Origin: the human T2T-CHM13v2.0 reference genome, Homo sapiens
Reading direction: 5' to 3' (one strand)
Length of the DNA stretch: 64,000 nucleotides
NCBI RefSeq assembly: GCF_009914755.1
Contig: NC_060935.1
Translations under genes and position numbers: made by a program
Shown: in pieces, positions 29,264 to 43,119 of the stretch
Layout: every line of letters starts with the position of its first letter
Numbering within the stretch: the first letter of the stretch is position 1
The notes under the pieces: model-generated
What the model saw: only the letters and a program-made list of their open reading frames with translations
Database searches by the model: none
What the model was told of the DNA's origin: nothing

Positions 29264-29337
29264 GCTCAGTGGGAAAGAACTTGGCTAGCAAGACAAACGT
29301 GTACATCTCTAGCAGTGCTGGAGCCAGGTGGCGAGAG
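29264..29337 (+). CDS. SORL1: SORL1 exon 11, 74 nt: (G)[24 protein letters not shown]
   Basis: ttttAG acceptor; GTCAGC donor at 29338; Asp-box-like [10 protein letters not shown]. Confidence 0.95.
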
Positions 29338-31022
29338 GTCAGCCCCCTCCCCCAATCCCGTCCCCTCCACCCTCATTCCCATTTGTGTGAGAATGTAGAC
29401 TGTGCCTTGGCATTTCAGGGACACAAATGGTCCATGGCAGAGACCAGTAATGCCAGATATGACTATAAAGTAAAGAAAGGTACCTGAAGCCACTGATTTA
29501 TATCCACAGTTACTTTAAATTAAACACAGACCTTTGCAAATGTGTGAATTTTACTGAACATTCTAAGATTATGAGTTCTATGAGGGCAAAGACAATGTCT
29601 GTTTTACTGACTTCTTTATCCTTAGGACCTAAGAGTGCCTGGCATGGAGTGGGGGCTCAGGGCATATATGCTGCATGTATCAGCAAATTATAGCGTAGTG
29701 GTATTAGCCCTGAAATGGGCTGCTATTATTATTATTATTTTGTATATTATTGAAGTTGAGATGAAGCCTGTCCTTGCTGGGCTATGTTGTATAGGCACTT
29801 TCGTCTCACTCTGTGCTATGGAAGTAGACTCTCTTTTTGCCTTAAGGTTGTATAACTAATATCGATGCTGATTATACCAATTCCTAAGACAGGGCTAGTT
29901 CCCTAGTTCCAAAATGCTAATTCATTTTCATCTTTGGGCATTAGAGAATTTCCAAACTTGTAAAAAAAAAAAAAAGTTGTTGCCAGCCTCCCATTGATTA
30001 AGGCCAAGGAAGTGCGTTTGGTCTCGTTCTGTAGGGGTTGCTTTCAGGGGTGACCCTCTAGTTATGCCAGGAGCCACCAGGGTAAAACCCAACAGATCAC
30101 TTGACAGGATGAGCACCTTGTCATCGAGCAGCCCCGCAGGCTGGGCAGCCGGAACAGCACGTCGGGAGTGATGTGGAGTTCTCAGAACAGCTAGCAGACA
30201 TAGTTCCCATCCACGTGGTGCTTTACTGGGAATGCACCATGCTCACCTTGATATTTGAATAGGTAATATGTAAAGCAGTAATAAAAATACCAACATTCAT
30301 TTGGCACCTTGCAGTTCACAGAGGCCTGTCACAAGCCTTCTCTCACTGTGGCAGGGCTTCCCATCCCTCCCGAGGAGAGAGATGAGGCTCAGACACTGTG
30401 TACTGTATGTGGCGAACGCAAATATGTGTTCAGATGAGGCAGATTGTTAAGGCCATTGTAGTCAGAGTGCAAACAGTTTGAATGGAAATTTTCGGGTTGT
30501 CCTTGTGCAGCTCCCAAGGGAAGATTAAGCAGCTGCTTTCCCCTTTCGTGGAGCTGGACGCTCCCTTTGAAATGGGGTATCCTCTTCTCTGCGAATAGGC
30601 CTGTGGTTTGTTTGTGCCTTCTGCTGTTGGTGTAATCTGGGATTTGCACATCTGCAAGTGATTTCCTTCTGGGTAGAAAGCAGTGTCTTGTTCCTCCTCC
30701 AGTGAAGTGGTATCGTCTGGTGATTACCGGGGCAGCTGTCAGTGCCTCCCTCCACACGTGCCTTGTCCCTGCCAAGAAGCAACCAGTGCATAAGAGACCT
30801 TATTTTGGGACATAGCAGAAAACTAACTTGGGGATGAAAAGATTGTGAGTTTATCTGTGTGAGTGGGCATCTGAGTCCCCATGGGCAGCCTTCACTTTAG
30901 AGGGACAATCTGGGCTGTGTGCAGGAGCAGGTGGTGGCAGAGGAAGAGGCTGTAGTGGACAGAATGTTGCCTGGAGCACTGATGACTGTAATTGTGGTTT
31001 TCTTTTTCCTCCTAATTAGTTG

Positions 31023-31425
31023 TGCAAATTCTCTGATCCTCAGAATTCCTTTTTTTGTGCTTTTTTTTCTTTTTAAATAATTTTTATTTCTTTTATTTTT
31101 AGCTTTTTTCTTTATCAACTTTATTGAAGCAGATGAAGGCACAGTACACTGCACATATTTAAAGTGTACAGTTTGATCAGAATTAATTATGGTCACCACA
31201 ATTAAGATAACAAACATTTCCATCTGCAAATTCTCTGATCCTCAGAATTCCGTTTTTGTGCTTTTTTTCTTTTTAAAATAATTTTTATTTCTTTTATTTT
31301 TAGCTTTTTTCTGTAACAAATTTATTGAAGCAGATAAGGGGACAGTACACTGCACATATTTAAAGTGTACAGTTTGATCAGAATTAATTATGGTCGCCAC
31401 AATTAAGATAACAAACATTTCCATC
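31023..31425. repeat. Tandem duplication of two ~200-bp copies (31023-31224, 31225-31425)
   Basis: Both begin TGCAAATTCTCTGATCCTCAGAATTCC and end GATAACAAACATTTCCATC; about ten differences by eye. Confidence 0.95.
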
Positions 31426-31496
31426 ACCCTCCCCGAGGTATCTTTGTGCCCCTCGGTAATCCATCCCACTCTCCAGTCTTGTCCTTGTCTGCTTCT

Positions 31497-31548
31497 GTTA
31501 TTCATTGGCATTTTCTAGAATAGGTTATTCATTGGCATTTTCTAGAAT
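31497..31548. repeat. Direct repeat of 25-bp GTTATTCATTGGCATTTTCTAGAAT, 27-bp period
   Basis: Copies at 31497-31521 and 31524-31548. Confidence 0.92.
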
Positions 31549-32115
31549 TTTGATAAGTGGACTCACACAGTATATACTCTTTTTGCCTGGCTTCTGTCAC
31601 ACATCACGATGATTTTGGGTTTCATCCAAGTTGCTTTGTGTATCAATTGTTCATTCCTTTGCTAGTTGTATCCCATTGTAGGGATATATCATAATTTATT
31701 TATTCATTCATCTGTTGATAAACATTCCAGTTTTGCTGATTACAAATATAGCTGTTATGAACATTCATGTACATATTTTATTCATTTCTCTAGGGTAAAT
31801 ACTTAGGAATGGAATAGCTGGGTAGCATGGTGGGTATATGTTTAACTTTTTAAAGAACTGCCAAATTATTGTCCCTTTTACATTTCCACCAAACAGTATG
31901 TGAGAATTTTAATTGCTTCACATCTTTGCCAACACTTGGTATGATTAGTCTTTTTAATTTTAGACATTTTAATAAGCATGTGATAATATCTCATTGTAGT
32001 TGTAATTGGCATTTGTGTGATTATTAATGATTCTTTTCATGTGCTCATTGGCCATTTTAAAATCTGGTTGTGAAGTATCTGCCCAAATCTTTTGCCTTTT
32101 TGAAAAAATTGGGTT

Positions 32116-32393
32116 GGTCCAGCACAGTGGCTCTGCCTATAATCCCAGCACTTCGGACGGCTGAGGTAAGAGGGTTGCTGGAGCCATGGGCAACATAGGG
32201 AAAGCTTGTCTCTACAAAAAATAAAAATAGCCAGGCATGGTGGTGCATGCCTGTAGTCCTAGCTAGTTAGGAGGCTGAGGTCAGAAGGTCACATGAGCCC
32301 TGGTGGTTGAAGGTGTAGTGAGCTGTGATTGTGCTGCTGCATTCCAGCCTGGGCAATGGAATCAGAGCCTGTCTCAATAAATATATAAATAAA
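32116..32393 (+). mobile_element. Alu (diverged AluJ-like)
   Basis: Alu dimer motifs with decayed tail. Confidence 0.85.
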
Positions 32394-33261
32394 TTTTAAA
32401 AACTAATTTTAATAATTGAGTTGTCTATCTTCTTTGAGTTGTAGGAGTTTTTTTAAAAATATATTTTGGATTCAGGTCTTTTGTATGATATATGGGTAGA
32501 TACTCATTTTTTCCATATGGAGATCTAATTGATTTAGCACCATTTATTGAAAACCCTTCTCTCTCTCCCATTGAATTGCCTTGGTACCTGTTTGAAAATC
32601 AATTGGCCATATATGGGCCAATTTTAGGCCAATTGGGTCTATTTCAGGTCTTTATTCTGTCCCATTAATCTGTCTGTCTTTTCACTAATACCAAATTATC
32701 TTAATTTCCAAAGCCTTATAGTAAATGTTGAGATCAAGTAGGGTAAGTCCTTCAACTTTGATTATTTTAAAAATCTTTTTTTATTATTGTAGGTCGTTCG
32801 TATTTCCTGATACATTTCAGGATCACTTGTCAATTTCTATGGAATCTGCTGGGATTTTTATTATAATTGCCTTGAATTTATAGAATCAGTTTGGAGGAGA
32901 ATCGACATGTTAATACTATTGAGTCTTCTGATCCATGAATGTAGTATCTTTTTCCATTTCTTGTTCAATTTCTCTCAGTACTTTGTAGTTTCCAATGTAG
33001 AGGTCCTGTACATCTTTTATTAGCTTTATTCCTAGGTATTTTAATTTTTTGTGGTATTACTGTAAATGGAATTTTATTTTCTAATTTTTGCTCTAGTATA
33101 TAAGAATACAACTGATTTTTTATATATTCATCTTGTATTCTGTGACCTTGCTAAGGTAATTCATTAGTTCTAGTAGGTTTTTAGATTCTATGTAAGCAAT
33201 CATACCATTTGCAAAGAGTGACAGTTTTATTTCTTCCTTTCTGATCTTAATGTCTTTTATG

Positions 33262-33370
33262 TATTCTCTCATTCTTCTCTTCTTCCTTTTTCTCTTCTTT
33301 CTTGTCCTTCTTTCTTCTCTTTCCCTCCTTTCCTCCATTTTCTCCCTTCTGATTTCTTTCATTCTTCTTA
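33262..33370. repeat. CT-rich low-complexity tract within the L1 RT region
   Basis: Almost pure pyrimidine stretch that gives the R/K/E-rich segment of ORF 33120-33473. Confidence 0.8.
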
Positions 33371-34535
33371 TCACAATGGCTAGGACCTCTATACAGTATT
33401 GAATAGAAGTAGTGAAAGTGGGCATTCTTGCCTTGTTCTCTCTCTGGGGGAAACAATTCAACCTTTTTACCATTAACTATGGTGTTAGCAGTAGATTTCT
33501 TTATCAACATTTGGGAAGCTCCCTATTATCACTAGTTGTTGAGTATTTTTTTTTTTTATCATAATCAGATACTGGATTTTGTGAAATGCTATTTTTACAT
33601 TTATTAAAATGATTTTTTTCTATTACTATGATGATTAAATATTACATTAATTAATTCTTGAATATTAGAACAACCTGGAATTACTAGGACAAACTCTACT
33701 TGGTCATAATGCATTATTCTTTTTATGTGCAGCTAGGTTTGATTTGCTAATATTTTGTTAAAGATTTTTGCATTATTTGTGAGAGATACTTGTCTTTAAT
33801 TTGTTTTTTTTTGTAAAATCTTTCTAAAGTTTTGATATTAGTGTTTGGCTAGTATCATAAAACAAGCAGAGGGGTAAACCCCTCTTCCTCTTTTTTAGGA
33901 CAAAGTTTGGTGTTATTTTTTCTTGAGTAATTCCCTAATGAAACTGTCCAGGCATTGAGTTTTCTTTTTGGGAATATTTTTTGATAAGAGATTTAATTTC
34001 TCTGGTTGATACAAGGCTATTCAGATTTTCTTCTTTTTGTTTCAATTTTGATGAGTTGTGTGTTTCAAGAAATTTGTCCCTTCATGTAAGTTGTGACATT
34101 TGTTGGCCTTATGTTATCAATGATATATTCTCTTTATCTTTTTAATGTCTGTAGGATCTTTGGTGATGATTTCATTCTTGATATTGGTGATATGTGTATT
34201 TTCTCTATTTTTCGTTCGTTTAGGTGTTTCAATACTGTTGATCTTTCCAAAGAATCTGCTTTTGGCTCTTGTTGATTTTCTATTGTCTGTTTTCTGTTTT
34301 GTTGCTTTTTTTCTTTATTATTATTTTTTCCCTTATTTGTTTTGTTGTTCTTTTTGTAGCTTATTAAGATATAACCTTGGGTTATTGATTTTATATCTTC
34401 TTTTCTAATGTAAGCATTTAAAGCTGTAAGTTTTCCTTTAAGTACTAATTTAGCTATATGCCACATATTTAGATATGTTTTTAGTGTTTTTAAGTTCAGA
34501 GTATATTTAATGTCCCCCTTTAAAACTGAGATATA

Positions 34536-34881
<346 letters not shown>

Positions 34882-35576
34882 TCATATGTTTTTAGTATTA
34901 TTCAGTCATCATCATTTTCTGATTCCAGAACATTTTCATCAATCCATAAATATCTCTTGATTTTTATCTTCGAATGATAAGTTACTTAGCAAAGTGTTAT
35001 TTAATTTGCAGGTATTTGGGGGTTTCATAGATATCTTGTTATTGATTTCTAATTTAATTTCCTATAGTCAGAGAAGACACTTTGTATGATTTCAGTCCCT
35101 TTAGATTTGTTGAGATTTATTTTGAGATCCAGCCTGTGGTCTATATTGTTGAATATATCACGTGCACTGGGAAGGAATATGTATTAAGCAGTTGTTTGAG
35201 GTAGTGTTCTGTAGATATTATTTATATGAAGGTGGTTGATAATGTTGTTCAGATCTTTTGTGTTCATATTGATTTTTGGGGGTTCTAGTTCTCTAAATTC
35301 CTAAGAGAGGAATGGTAAGATCTCCTACTATGATTCTGAAATTGCCTCTTGCTCCTTTAAATTCTATCAATTTTTGCTTTATTTTGGTATGCATTTTGAG
35401 TCTCTGTTGTTAAGTGTATTCACATTTATAATAATATTTTCTCATGAATTGTCCCTTTTATCATTATGAACTATCTCTCTTTATCTATTGTAATGCCATG
35501 TGTCTTAAAATCTATTTTATCTGATATTAAAATAGTTACTGTAGCCTTCTTCTGTTTACTATTTGGATATTACATC

Positions 35577-35865
35577 TTTTTTTGAGTTGGTGTCTTACTC
35601 TGTCACCCAGGCTGGAGTGCAATGGTATGATCTCGGCTCACTGAGACCTCGACCTCCTGGGTTCAAGTGATTCTCCTGCCTCAGCCTCCCGAGTAGCTGG
35701 GATTTCAGGCGCTCACCACCACACCCGGCTAATTTTTGTATTTCTAATAGAGACGGGGTTTCGCCATGTTGGTTAGGTTGGTCTTGAACTCCTGACCTCA
35801 AGTGATCCACCCACCTTGGCCTCCCAAAGTGCTGGGGTTACAGGTGTGAGATACCACGCCCAGCC
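35577..35865 (-). mobile_element. Alu (AluS-like)
   Basis: TSD TGGATA[T/G]TACATCTTT. Confidence 0.92.
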
Positions 35866-35929
35866 CTGGATAGTACATCTTTTAACATCCATTCGCTTTC
35901 AACCTATATATGTCTTTATATTTAAAGTG

Positions 35930-36048
35930 TTTTTTTTTTCTCTTTTTTGAAGTTGGGTCTTGTGTGTTGTCCAGGCTGGTCTTAAACTCCTGGGTTCAAG
36001 TGATCCTGCCAAATAGTTGGACTTAAAGGCACATGCCACCATGCCCAG
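35930..36048 (-). mobile_element. FLAM-like Alu monomer
   Basis: Single arm; TSD TTT[A/G]AAGTGTTT. Confidence 0.8.
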
Positions 36049-37447
36049 TTCTTTGAAGTGTTTCTTCTAGACAACATATAGTAGGGTCTTGCTTTTTTAC
36101 TCATTCTGCCAAGCTCTGCTTTTTAACTGAAATGCTTAGGCCATTAACATTTAATATAATTATTGATGTATTTGAATTTAGGCCTAATATTTCATTTATT
36201 TTCTTTTCATTTCTCCTATTTATTATTCCTCTGTTCCTTCTGTCCTCTCTCCTTTTGTATTATCTAGATACATTAAGTATTCTACTTTTATTTAGATTTT
36301 TTGGGGGGCTTATCTATGTGTATTTCTAGTGACTTCTCTAAGGATTACAACATACATATCTAATCTTTTATAGTCTTCTTTGAGTTGATAATTGCACTTA
36401 ACGTAAAATTTAGAACCCTTTCAACCATACAAGTCCCTTTTCTCCTCCCCCACCTATATGTTATTTTCATATTTATCACATCAACACACATTACAAAACC
36501 CACAAAGCAGTGTTTGTTTTTGCTTCAAATTATCATATGAATTTCAAAGAACTTAAATATTTACCCAGATATTTACCATTTCTCTTGCTTGCTCTTCGTT
36601 CTGGAAAAATCTCTGTTTACCCATGGGAAATTTCCCTATAGCCTAAAGAAATTCCTATAGCATTTCCTGTAGCGAGATCTGTTGGCTGTGAATTCTCTTG
36701 TTTTTCCCTCTTTTGAAATTTCTGTTTTATTTACCTTCATTCCTGAAGGATATGTTTATTGGATAGAGAATTCTGGGTTGACAGTAATTTTCTTCCAGTA
36801 CTTTAAAGATGTCTACTGTTTTCTTGTTTCCGTGGGTTCTGATGAGAAACCTCTCTTCACTTTAGCTATCATTCTCCTGTGTGTAACATGCCATTTTTCT
36901 CTAGATGCTTTGGAGATTTTTTTTTCATTGGTTTTCAGCAGTTTTGGTATGATGTGTCTAGGAGGGCTTTTCTTTGAGTTTATTCTCTATGTAGATGCTG
37001 ATTTTGAATCTATATTTATATCTTTCAACAAATTTGGGAAATTTTCAGCCATTATTTCTTCAAATATTTTTTTTCTGCTCCCATCCCTTTCTCCTGTTCT
37101 TCTCGGACTCCAGTTACATATTAGACCTACTGTTATTGTTCCTTGTGTCCTTGGCAATCTTTCTTTCTTTGAAATCCTTTTTCCCCTGTATGTTCTCTAG
37201 AACACACAGATAGATCTGTAATTTCTACAGATCTATATTTATTTTGAAGTTCACTAATTCCTTTGTCATTGCTTTTCTGATGTTGAGCCCATCAGTAAAT
37301 TTCTTATTTCGGACATTATATTTTTCTGTTATAAAATTTGTTTGGTTTCTTTTTAAAAATTGTTTCCACTTCTCTGGGAGAATTCTTTTCTCTCATTCAT
37401 TTCACGTGTATTTTTCTTTCCCTCATGGGACATGGTTATAATAGCTA

Positions 37448-37780
<333 letters not shown>

Positions 37781-38812
37781 TCACTTGGGATTGGCACCTT
37801 TTGACTATCTTTTCCTTTGAGAATTGGACACATCTTATGGATATGTTTGTATGCTGTATGTTAAGTAATTTTGGTTTGTATTCTGCACATATGAATGAAA
37901 TTCATGAAATTAAGCCTTCTGGAGGATATTGATATTTTTGTCTCAGCATGTAATCAGCCTGTTTAGGTTCTGACCCTGAGTTCTGTCTTGCTTTCTGTAG
38001 GTGGTAGTTTAACTCTCAGTTCAGTATGCTAAGCCTTTGTTACACTGGTTTGTGTCTGTTTCATGCACGTACACTTCAGGGGTTAGGCTGCGACTTGCGT
38101 AAGTTCATATACAAAATTAGGGGATTTACTTTTTTGACACTCTCTGCTATGGGATTCCATCCACACTTTACCTACCCTATAGGGGCTCCTTTCTCTGGTT
38201 CCTTTGGGGGAAATAATATCTATTGCAGTTTTAGCTGTGACTGAGACTGAGGTGCACCCCATGACTGGGACTTTTCCTTCGGGCAAAGCTTTACCAGGAT
38301 ATTCATGACTTGTGTGTGTAGCTTCTCTAGGTTTTAAATCTCCACAAGCGGCTTGCTTTCGTTTACTTTTCAGCATCCACTGGTAGTTGTTTTTTGTCCA
38401 GAGTTTTCAGCTGTAATTAGCAGGAAGGATGGGCTATAGAGGGCTAATACTGTCATAGTAGAACTGAAACCCCAGTTACTTAATTTTTAATCAAGGGTTG
38501 GTGGGAGTCATAGATTTGGATTTGAGTCCTACCTCTGCTGTTCACAGTCTACCATTTTAATATTAAGCCCGTGTTTCTTCATTTGGGAAAAAAATTGAGA
38601 TACTAGAACTTGCTCCACCTGTCCCTAGGATTGTGTGGAACAGATGAGATAATGGATGTCAATGTCTTCTGTAAACGGAAAAATTGTTTTCAAGTGGTTG
38701 TCATTGCTGTTATGTCTATGTGCACGTGTGTGCATGCCTGTGGGCATGTGTACATGGTTTCTGCACAATTACCTCCACAGCAGTGGTGTCACCATGGATT
38801 TTTCCTCTTCAG

Positions 38813-38901
38813 GCACTTCCTGGACCTCACTACTACACATGGGGAGACCACGGCGGAATCATCACGGCCATTGCCCAGGGCATGGAAACCAACGAGCTAA
38901 A
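38813..38901 (+). CDS. SORL1: SORL1 exon 12, 89 nt: [29 protein letters not shown](K)
   Basis: cttcAG acceptor; GTAAGT donor at 38902; GDHGGII motif conserved in VPS10P receptors. Confidence 0.96.
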
Positions 38902-39036
38902 GTAAGTGTCTCTGATGAGGCCTTTTAACATCAAACTTTCTCCCAGAAATTTACGTCTGTGATTATAATTGGATTATCTCTCTACAGCACTATGTTGTTG
39001 ACAGCACAATTTGTGATCTCTGGATATGAGTTAAAC

Positions 39037-39335
39037 TTTTTTTTTTTTTTTTGAGATGGAGTCTTGCTCTCTCCCCCAGGCAGGAATACAATGGTGCGAT
39101 CTCAGCTCACTGCAACCTCCACCTCCTGGGTTGAAGCGATTCTCCTGCCTCAGCCTCCTGAGTCTGGGATTACAGGCACCTGCCACCACGTCCGGCTAAT
39201 TTTTGTAATTTTAGTAGAGACACGGTTTTACCATGTTGATCAGGCTAGTCTCGAACCCCTGACCTCAGGTGATCCACCTGCTTCGGCCTCCCAAAATGCT
39301 TGGATTACAGGTGTGAGCCACTGTGCCCACCCCGA
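39037..39335 (-). mobile_element. Alu (AluS-like), 135 nt downstream of exon 12
   Basis: Reverse dimer; TSD TTAAACT. Confidence 0.92.
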
Positions 39336-42300
39336 TTTAAACTCTTTATCTCCCAAATGGGAATATAAGAACCTGTCCTTTCTATCACAAAGGGAGATTG
39401 TGAGCAAGAGGGCAATTAATAATAATGGCCAAATAATTAAGTGGAGGCTCTTTAATTTGTCCTTCTTTGCTTTGTGTCTTTATTACATAGAAAGACTAAT
39501 AATAAATAGCAATAATAATAATAATAATACATCAGTAACAATTACAGAATGCATACAACTTGATAGCCATTGACTTTTGGTGCGTTAGGTTGGTGGGGGG
39601 TCTCATGGAGCTGGAAGGGGTGTTTAGGGTTAACTGCATCATTTCACAGATGAGAAAACAGGCTCAGCAAGGCAAAGTAACTTGCCCAGGGTCATTCCCT
39701 TTGTTAGTGACAGAGACAGGATTAGCACTTGGGTTTTTCGATTGCGTCCTACATTCTTTGCAATATATTGTTCTGAAAAGCAAAACTGTCAAGAGTTTGT
39801 AACCTCTACACCCTTATGTTCTGATTTTATCAGAACCAGTCCTCTGATTACCTTTGGCTCGTTTCTGAATGGTTCATGTTAGGTCAAGTTCATGCTGGAC
39901 CACACTTCTCCCTGTTTTTGAGCTGAACCCATTAGATGGATTGGTGAAGGATCTGGAGAGGGCTTCTGTAACTCTCTTGTTTATTGCAAGGACAAAGCTT
40001 TCTTTTTCTTTGCTCCTTTTAGAAACGGGGCCAGCAGTAAGTGAGAGGTGGGTGGTTTGGAAAAAGAGATCTTAGCAGCTGTTTTTTTTTCCCTGTGGTT
40101 AATTTGACATGTGCTGAGCAGCCTGGCCTCAGAGAAGGAGAGAGAAGCAAAGTACTGGTGTTTGGCATTCCACCTGGCTGTTCTCTGTTCTGTGTAGCAC
40201 TGGTTAGCTATTTCTTTAGAGGTGATACTCCGAAGAGGTCCTGTTTGTGTGCAACACTCTGTATTCATATTCAGATTGGTGTTTGCTCAGACAACGACCA
40301 TCACAGAGCACAGTACTTCCCACATTTGTGCTATCATTTATATACCCATTAATTTAATTTTCATTTCACATGTTCACCAAGCACCGATTGTGCCAGATGC
40401 TGTGTATCTGTAGATGAATAGGATGCCTGCCACCCTGTAGTTGAAAGGTGGGCGACGAAACAATTGTAGTGTTTGGTATACTGCTATGTGTGTAATACGC
40501 ACGTAGGGGACATAGTTTGGCTTCCTAGGAATACATTTCATTCTTTGTATGGCTTTCAGATTTCAGAGTCAGTTCTCGATTTGCCTTGTTTAACTTCTCT
40601 GAAAATTAAATTTGCATTCCAAACTGGCTCCTCTGAAGGAGTTAGTGTGATTCTAGTCCTCTTACACCATCTGTCGGTGCATATGTGCTCAGGGAACGCA
40701 GCGTCATTCTGCACGAGCTGGAGCAAAACATGATCAGGAAAATAAACTTGCTGCCAGAAAATCATAAAGCCTTCCCCAGACATTTTGAAATGACTTGGGG
40801 GTTGTAGACTTTGGGGGATTATGGTCACTGTAGCATTCCTCTATTTGTATAGGTTTCATTTGGAGGTGTCTGTTTGAATAGTTCAAATAAAGCATTTGAA
40901 AATACGAAAATACATACAAGCCTCCTATTGACAGGTGCATGTGTCCCACATAACAACCTGAGCTTGGCCTAAATCTGTGTAGCCACCTGGCATTTACTCA
41001 GTGTGTTGTTCACAGAGGTATTTTGCTTCTTCCCCTGCTGCTCTGAAAAGCAAGAAATAATATTCAAGTTAGTTGATATTCTCAGACTACAATGGTGATT
41101 TACTGTGACACCCATGCACAAGGACAGGTGGCTTCTGACAAGACTGGATATCTGTTGCTGGGCTAGGGCCTCAGGCCCCTTCTAAGTTTGGCCTCCCCAG
41201 TCACAGAGATCTCTTTTCCTTTATGACTCGTAGCATGTATAGGCTGTCCCATTCATTTGGCATTGATCATATTCTGACTCCTTATGTTAGTTACCTTTAC
41301 ATGATGCGCCTGAATTCTGCAACTCGTTAGTAAGGTCTTTGTAGGTAAATATTTCTGCTCGATGTAGGTTACCAGGCACTTAGCAAATATTTGATTGAAA
41401 TAGGTCATGCATACTTAATCATCCAAGATTGCTTATGGTTTTTTTTTTTTAACTGATTTATAAAACTAGAGGAGACCTAGCTAGTGTGCCAATTGCACAG
41501 CTCCAAGGGGACCACTGCCACTGTGCTCCATGTCAATGACAACCCCTAGAGCACAGATGTGAGTGGAGGCTCCCTGGATGTGTGCAACCCGGTAGTACCC
41601 AAGAGACACCAGAGATGACCTAATCTACTTTCCTTAGTTTTCACATGAGGGAATAAGAGATTAGTCAGGAGTTAATGCCCACACTGGAACTTGAGCATAT
41701 TTCTGTTAGGAATCATTTCAGGTCCATTACACAGACAACTGTCGAACATCTACAATGAAGCGGATGCTGTGCTGGATACCAAGGATGCAAAGGCAAGTGG
41801 GGCACTGATCGGGAGCTGCCTGTGCCCACTGTGGCTCTGTGATGTTTCTGAGCCAGATGCAGAGAGAGAGGCTGGGAGGAGGGGGTTGTTTGAAAGAGGG
41901 CTTTCTGCTCTGATTTTACTCATCTTTAGGGAGGGAAGCCAAGTAAAGTAGCATTAGTAACTCAAATAGGTTGTAGTGGGGACAGCAATTGAAGCATTGC
42001 TCAAAGTAAACATTAGGGTTTTTTTTTTTTTTGGTCGATGTTCTTTTAAGTTATGCATGTCTTTCTCTCCCTGATTAGCACAGATATCTAGGAGTTGACT
42101 GTTATTTGTTTCAGCTTCTGCCTTGAGTCTCCTCTGAGACTGTTACCTTTGTTATTGTTAATTGAAATTGAGAGCAAGAAGTGGAACACTTTGTTTTGCT
42201 CTTGTGTCTACATGTCTGAAATGGGTAAATAAGAACCTGCACTGGGGATCCACTTATTCGTTCATTCAGCCCGCTGCTCCTGTGAACCTGCTCACGGGAG

Positions 42301-42775
42301 GCATAGGAGCAGTGGCTTTTTCGTCAGAGAAGGGGCTGTTGCATTTTTGCACCCTGACCGAAGAAGATTCAAACACGTTTGTCAGCTTGATCACGGAAGA
42401 GAAGATCAATTTCTGTTTCTTCGCTGCGGTTTGCTTGTCAGCATGATGATATTTTTCGTAGTCAGTAATAATATTTTGAACTTGCCCCAAAGCATCTTTT
42501 TTTTCTAAGACATCCAATTTCATAGGGGCTTCTCTCTGGAAATCCTGAAAAGCCCCTGAAAAGACTCCACGCAGCAGAGCAGCTGTCTTTTCTGGACCTG
42601 GGCTCTGGAAGCAGCCCCACAGTTCCAGAATGTGGGAGGCAGTGGTTAATGTCTTCACTTGCTTGCAGCGCCTCTCAATGGTACAGTTGTCGGGAGAGCC
42701 ACCCCTACTTTATCCTAACCCCTGTGGTTTTTCTGCCCCTTGAGGTATAGAGAAGCAGGTGTTCTTATCACTGTG

Positions 42776-43054
42776 TTTTTTTTTTTTTTTTTTTCTGGAG
42801 TTCAGTGGTGCGATCTCGGCTCACTGCAACCTCCTCTTCCCAGACTCAAGCGGTCCTCCCATCTCAGCCTCCCAGTAGCTGGGACCACGGGCAGGAGCCA
42901 CCATGCCTGGCTAATTTTTATATCTTTTTTTTTTTTTGGTAGAGACAGGTTTCGCCATGTTGCCCAGGTTGTTCTCATTTGAACTCCTGAGTTCAAAGTG
43001 ATCCACCTGCCTTCCTAAGTGTTGGGATTACAGGTGTCAGCCACCAAGCTTGGT
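42776..43054 (-). mobile_element. Alu lacking the ~28 nt next to its tail
   Basis: Poly-T joins directly to CTGGAGTTCAGTGG; flanked by CTTATCAC/TTTATCAC. Confidence 0.85.
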
Positions 43055-43119
43055 CTTTATCACCTTTTAACTGTTAAGAAACCGAGAAACGGAGTTGCAG
43101 TGCAGTTTCTTTAACTTCC

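Noticed and set aside
33868-33885. Small inverted repeat AGAGGGGT-AA-ACCCCTCT
   Set aside because: An 8-bp stem inside decayed L1 is expected by chance in 64 kb.
33120-34466. Reverse-transcriptase-like minus-strand peptides as an active element
   Set aside because: They are fragmented L1 ORF2 remnants with stops, a low-complexity insertion and the catalytic FADD decayed to FANG.
36682-37200. 172-aa hydrophobic ORF resembling a membrane protein
   Set aside because: It is the T-rich antisense strand of a decayed L1, so the Phe/Leu/Ile bias is compositional; it also starts at a non-ATG codon.
39064-39573. 169-aa ORF and the many similar LECSG/PASAS/GFHHV ORFs
   Set aside because: These are standard translations of Alu sequence, not genes.
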